Shown here piece by piece: positions 63,811-64,000 of a DNA stretch of 64,000 bases (positions are counted from its first letter, which is position 1; each line of letters starts with the position of its first letter). Below the pieces are notes generated by a model, which had not been told where the DNA came from, ran no database searches, and worked only from the letters and a program-made list of their open reading frames with translations. The position numbers and the translations under genes were made by a program. Location of the stretch: NCBI RefSeq assembly GCF_018350175.1, contig NC_058368.1, forward strand, positions 111,354,001 through 111,418,000. Direction: 5' to 3'. Source of the DNA: Felis catus. Taxonomy: Eukaryota.

Positions 63811-64000
63811 TTCCTCTTGTTTACACTTATTCGTGCATGCATGTTTCTTAGTGGACAGTCAATAAATTAATACAAAGAATTAATTTAGCCCTTTAAAATG
63901 AAATTTACTTTTGTTATATATTGTTCCGTGGGCTTTGTCTTTTTTAGATGTTCAGTGAGGTAAGTTATAAAGAACTACTTTGTTCTGATGTTATGTGTTT

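Overview
This is mammalian genomic DNA, almost certainly from a cat-family (Felidae) genome, judging by roughly 60 tRNA-derived Can-SINE copies (counted by eye) and felid-type L1 3' ends. Three + strand genes lie in the conserved order DDX46 - C5orf24 - TXNDC15. The window holds the last 8 coding exons and 3' UTR of the spliceosomal DEAD-box helicase DDX46/Prp5, the complete C5orf24 orthologue, and exons 1-3 of TXNDC15. Nearly all other ORFs in the track are SINE, L1 or microsatellite artefacts. I see no wholly new biological system. The best signals are in RNA processing: (1) a hidden intron starting inside the C5orf24 CDS that swaps its C-terminus (188 vs 155 aa) and contains poly(A) signals; (2) a GC-AG intron and a possible non-canonical TT donor in DDX46; (3) a rearranged start-codon region with two YY1-embedded ATGs in TXNDC15; (4) a 61-bp Z-DNA-prone repeat in the C5orf24 promoter; (5) nested and inverted SINE pairs that should form dsRNA. 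Gene and repeat names come from recognition of the sequence, not from a database search. Repeat boundaries are approximate.
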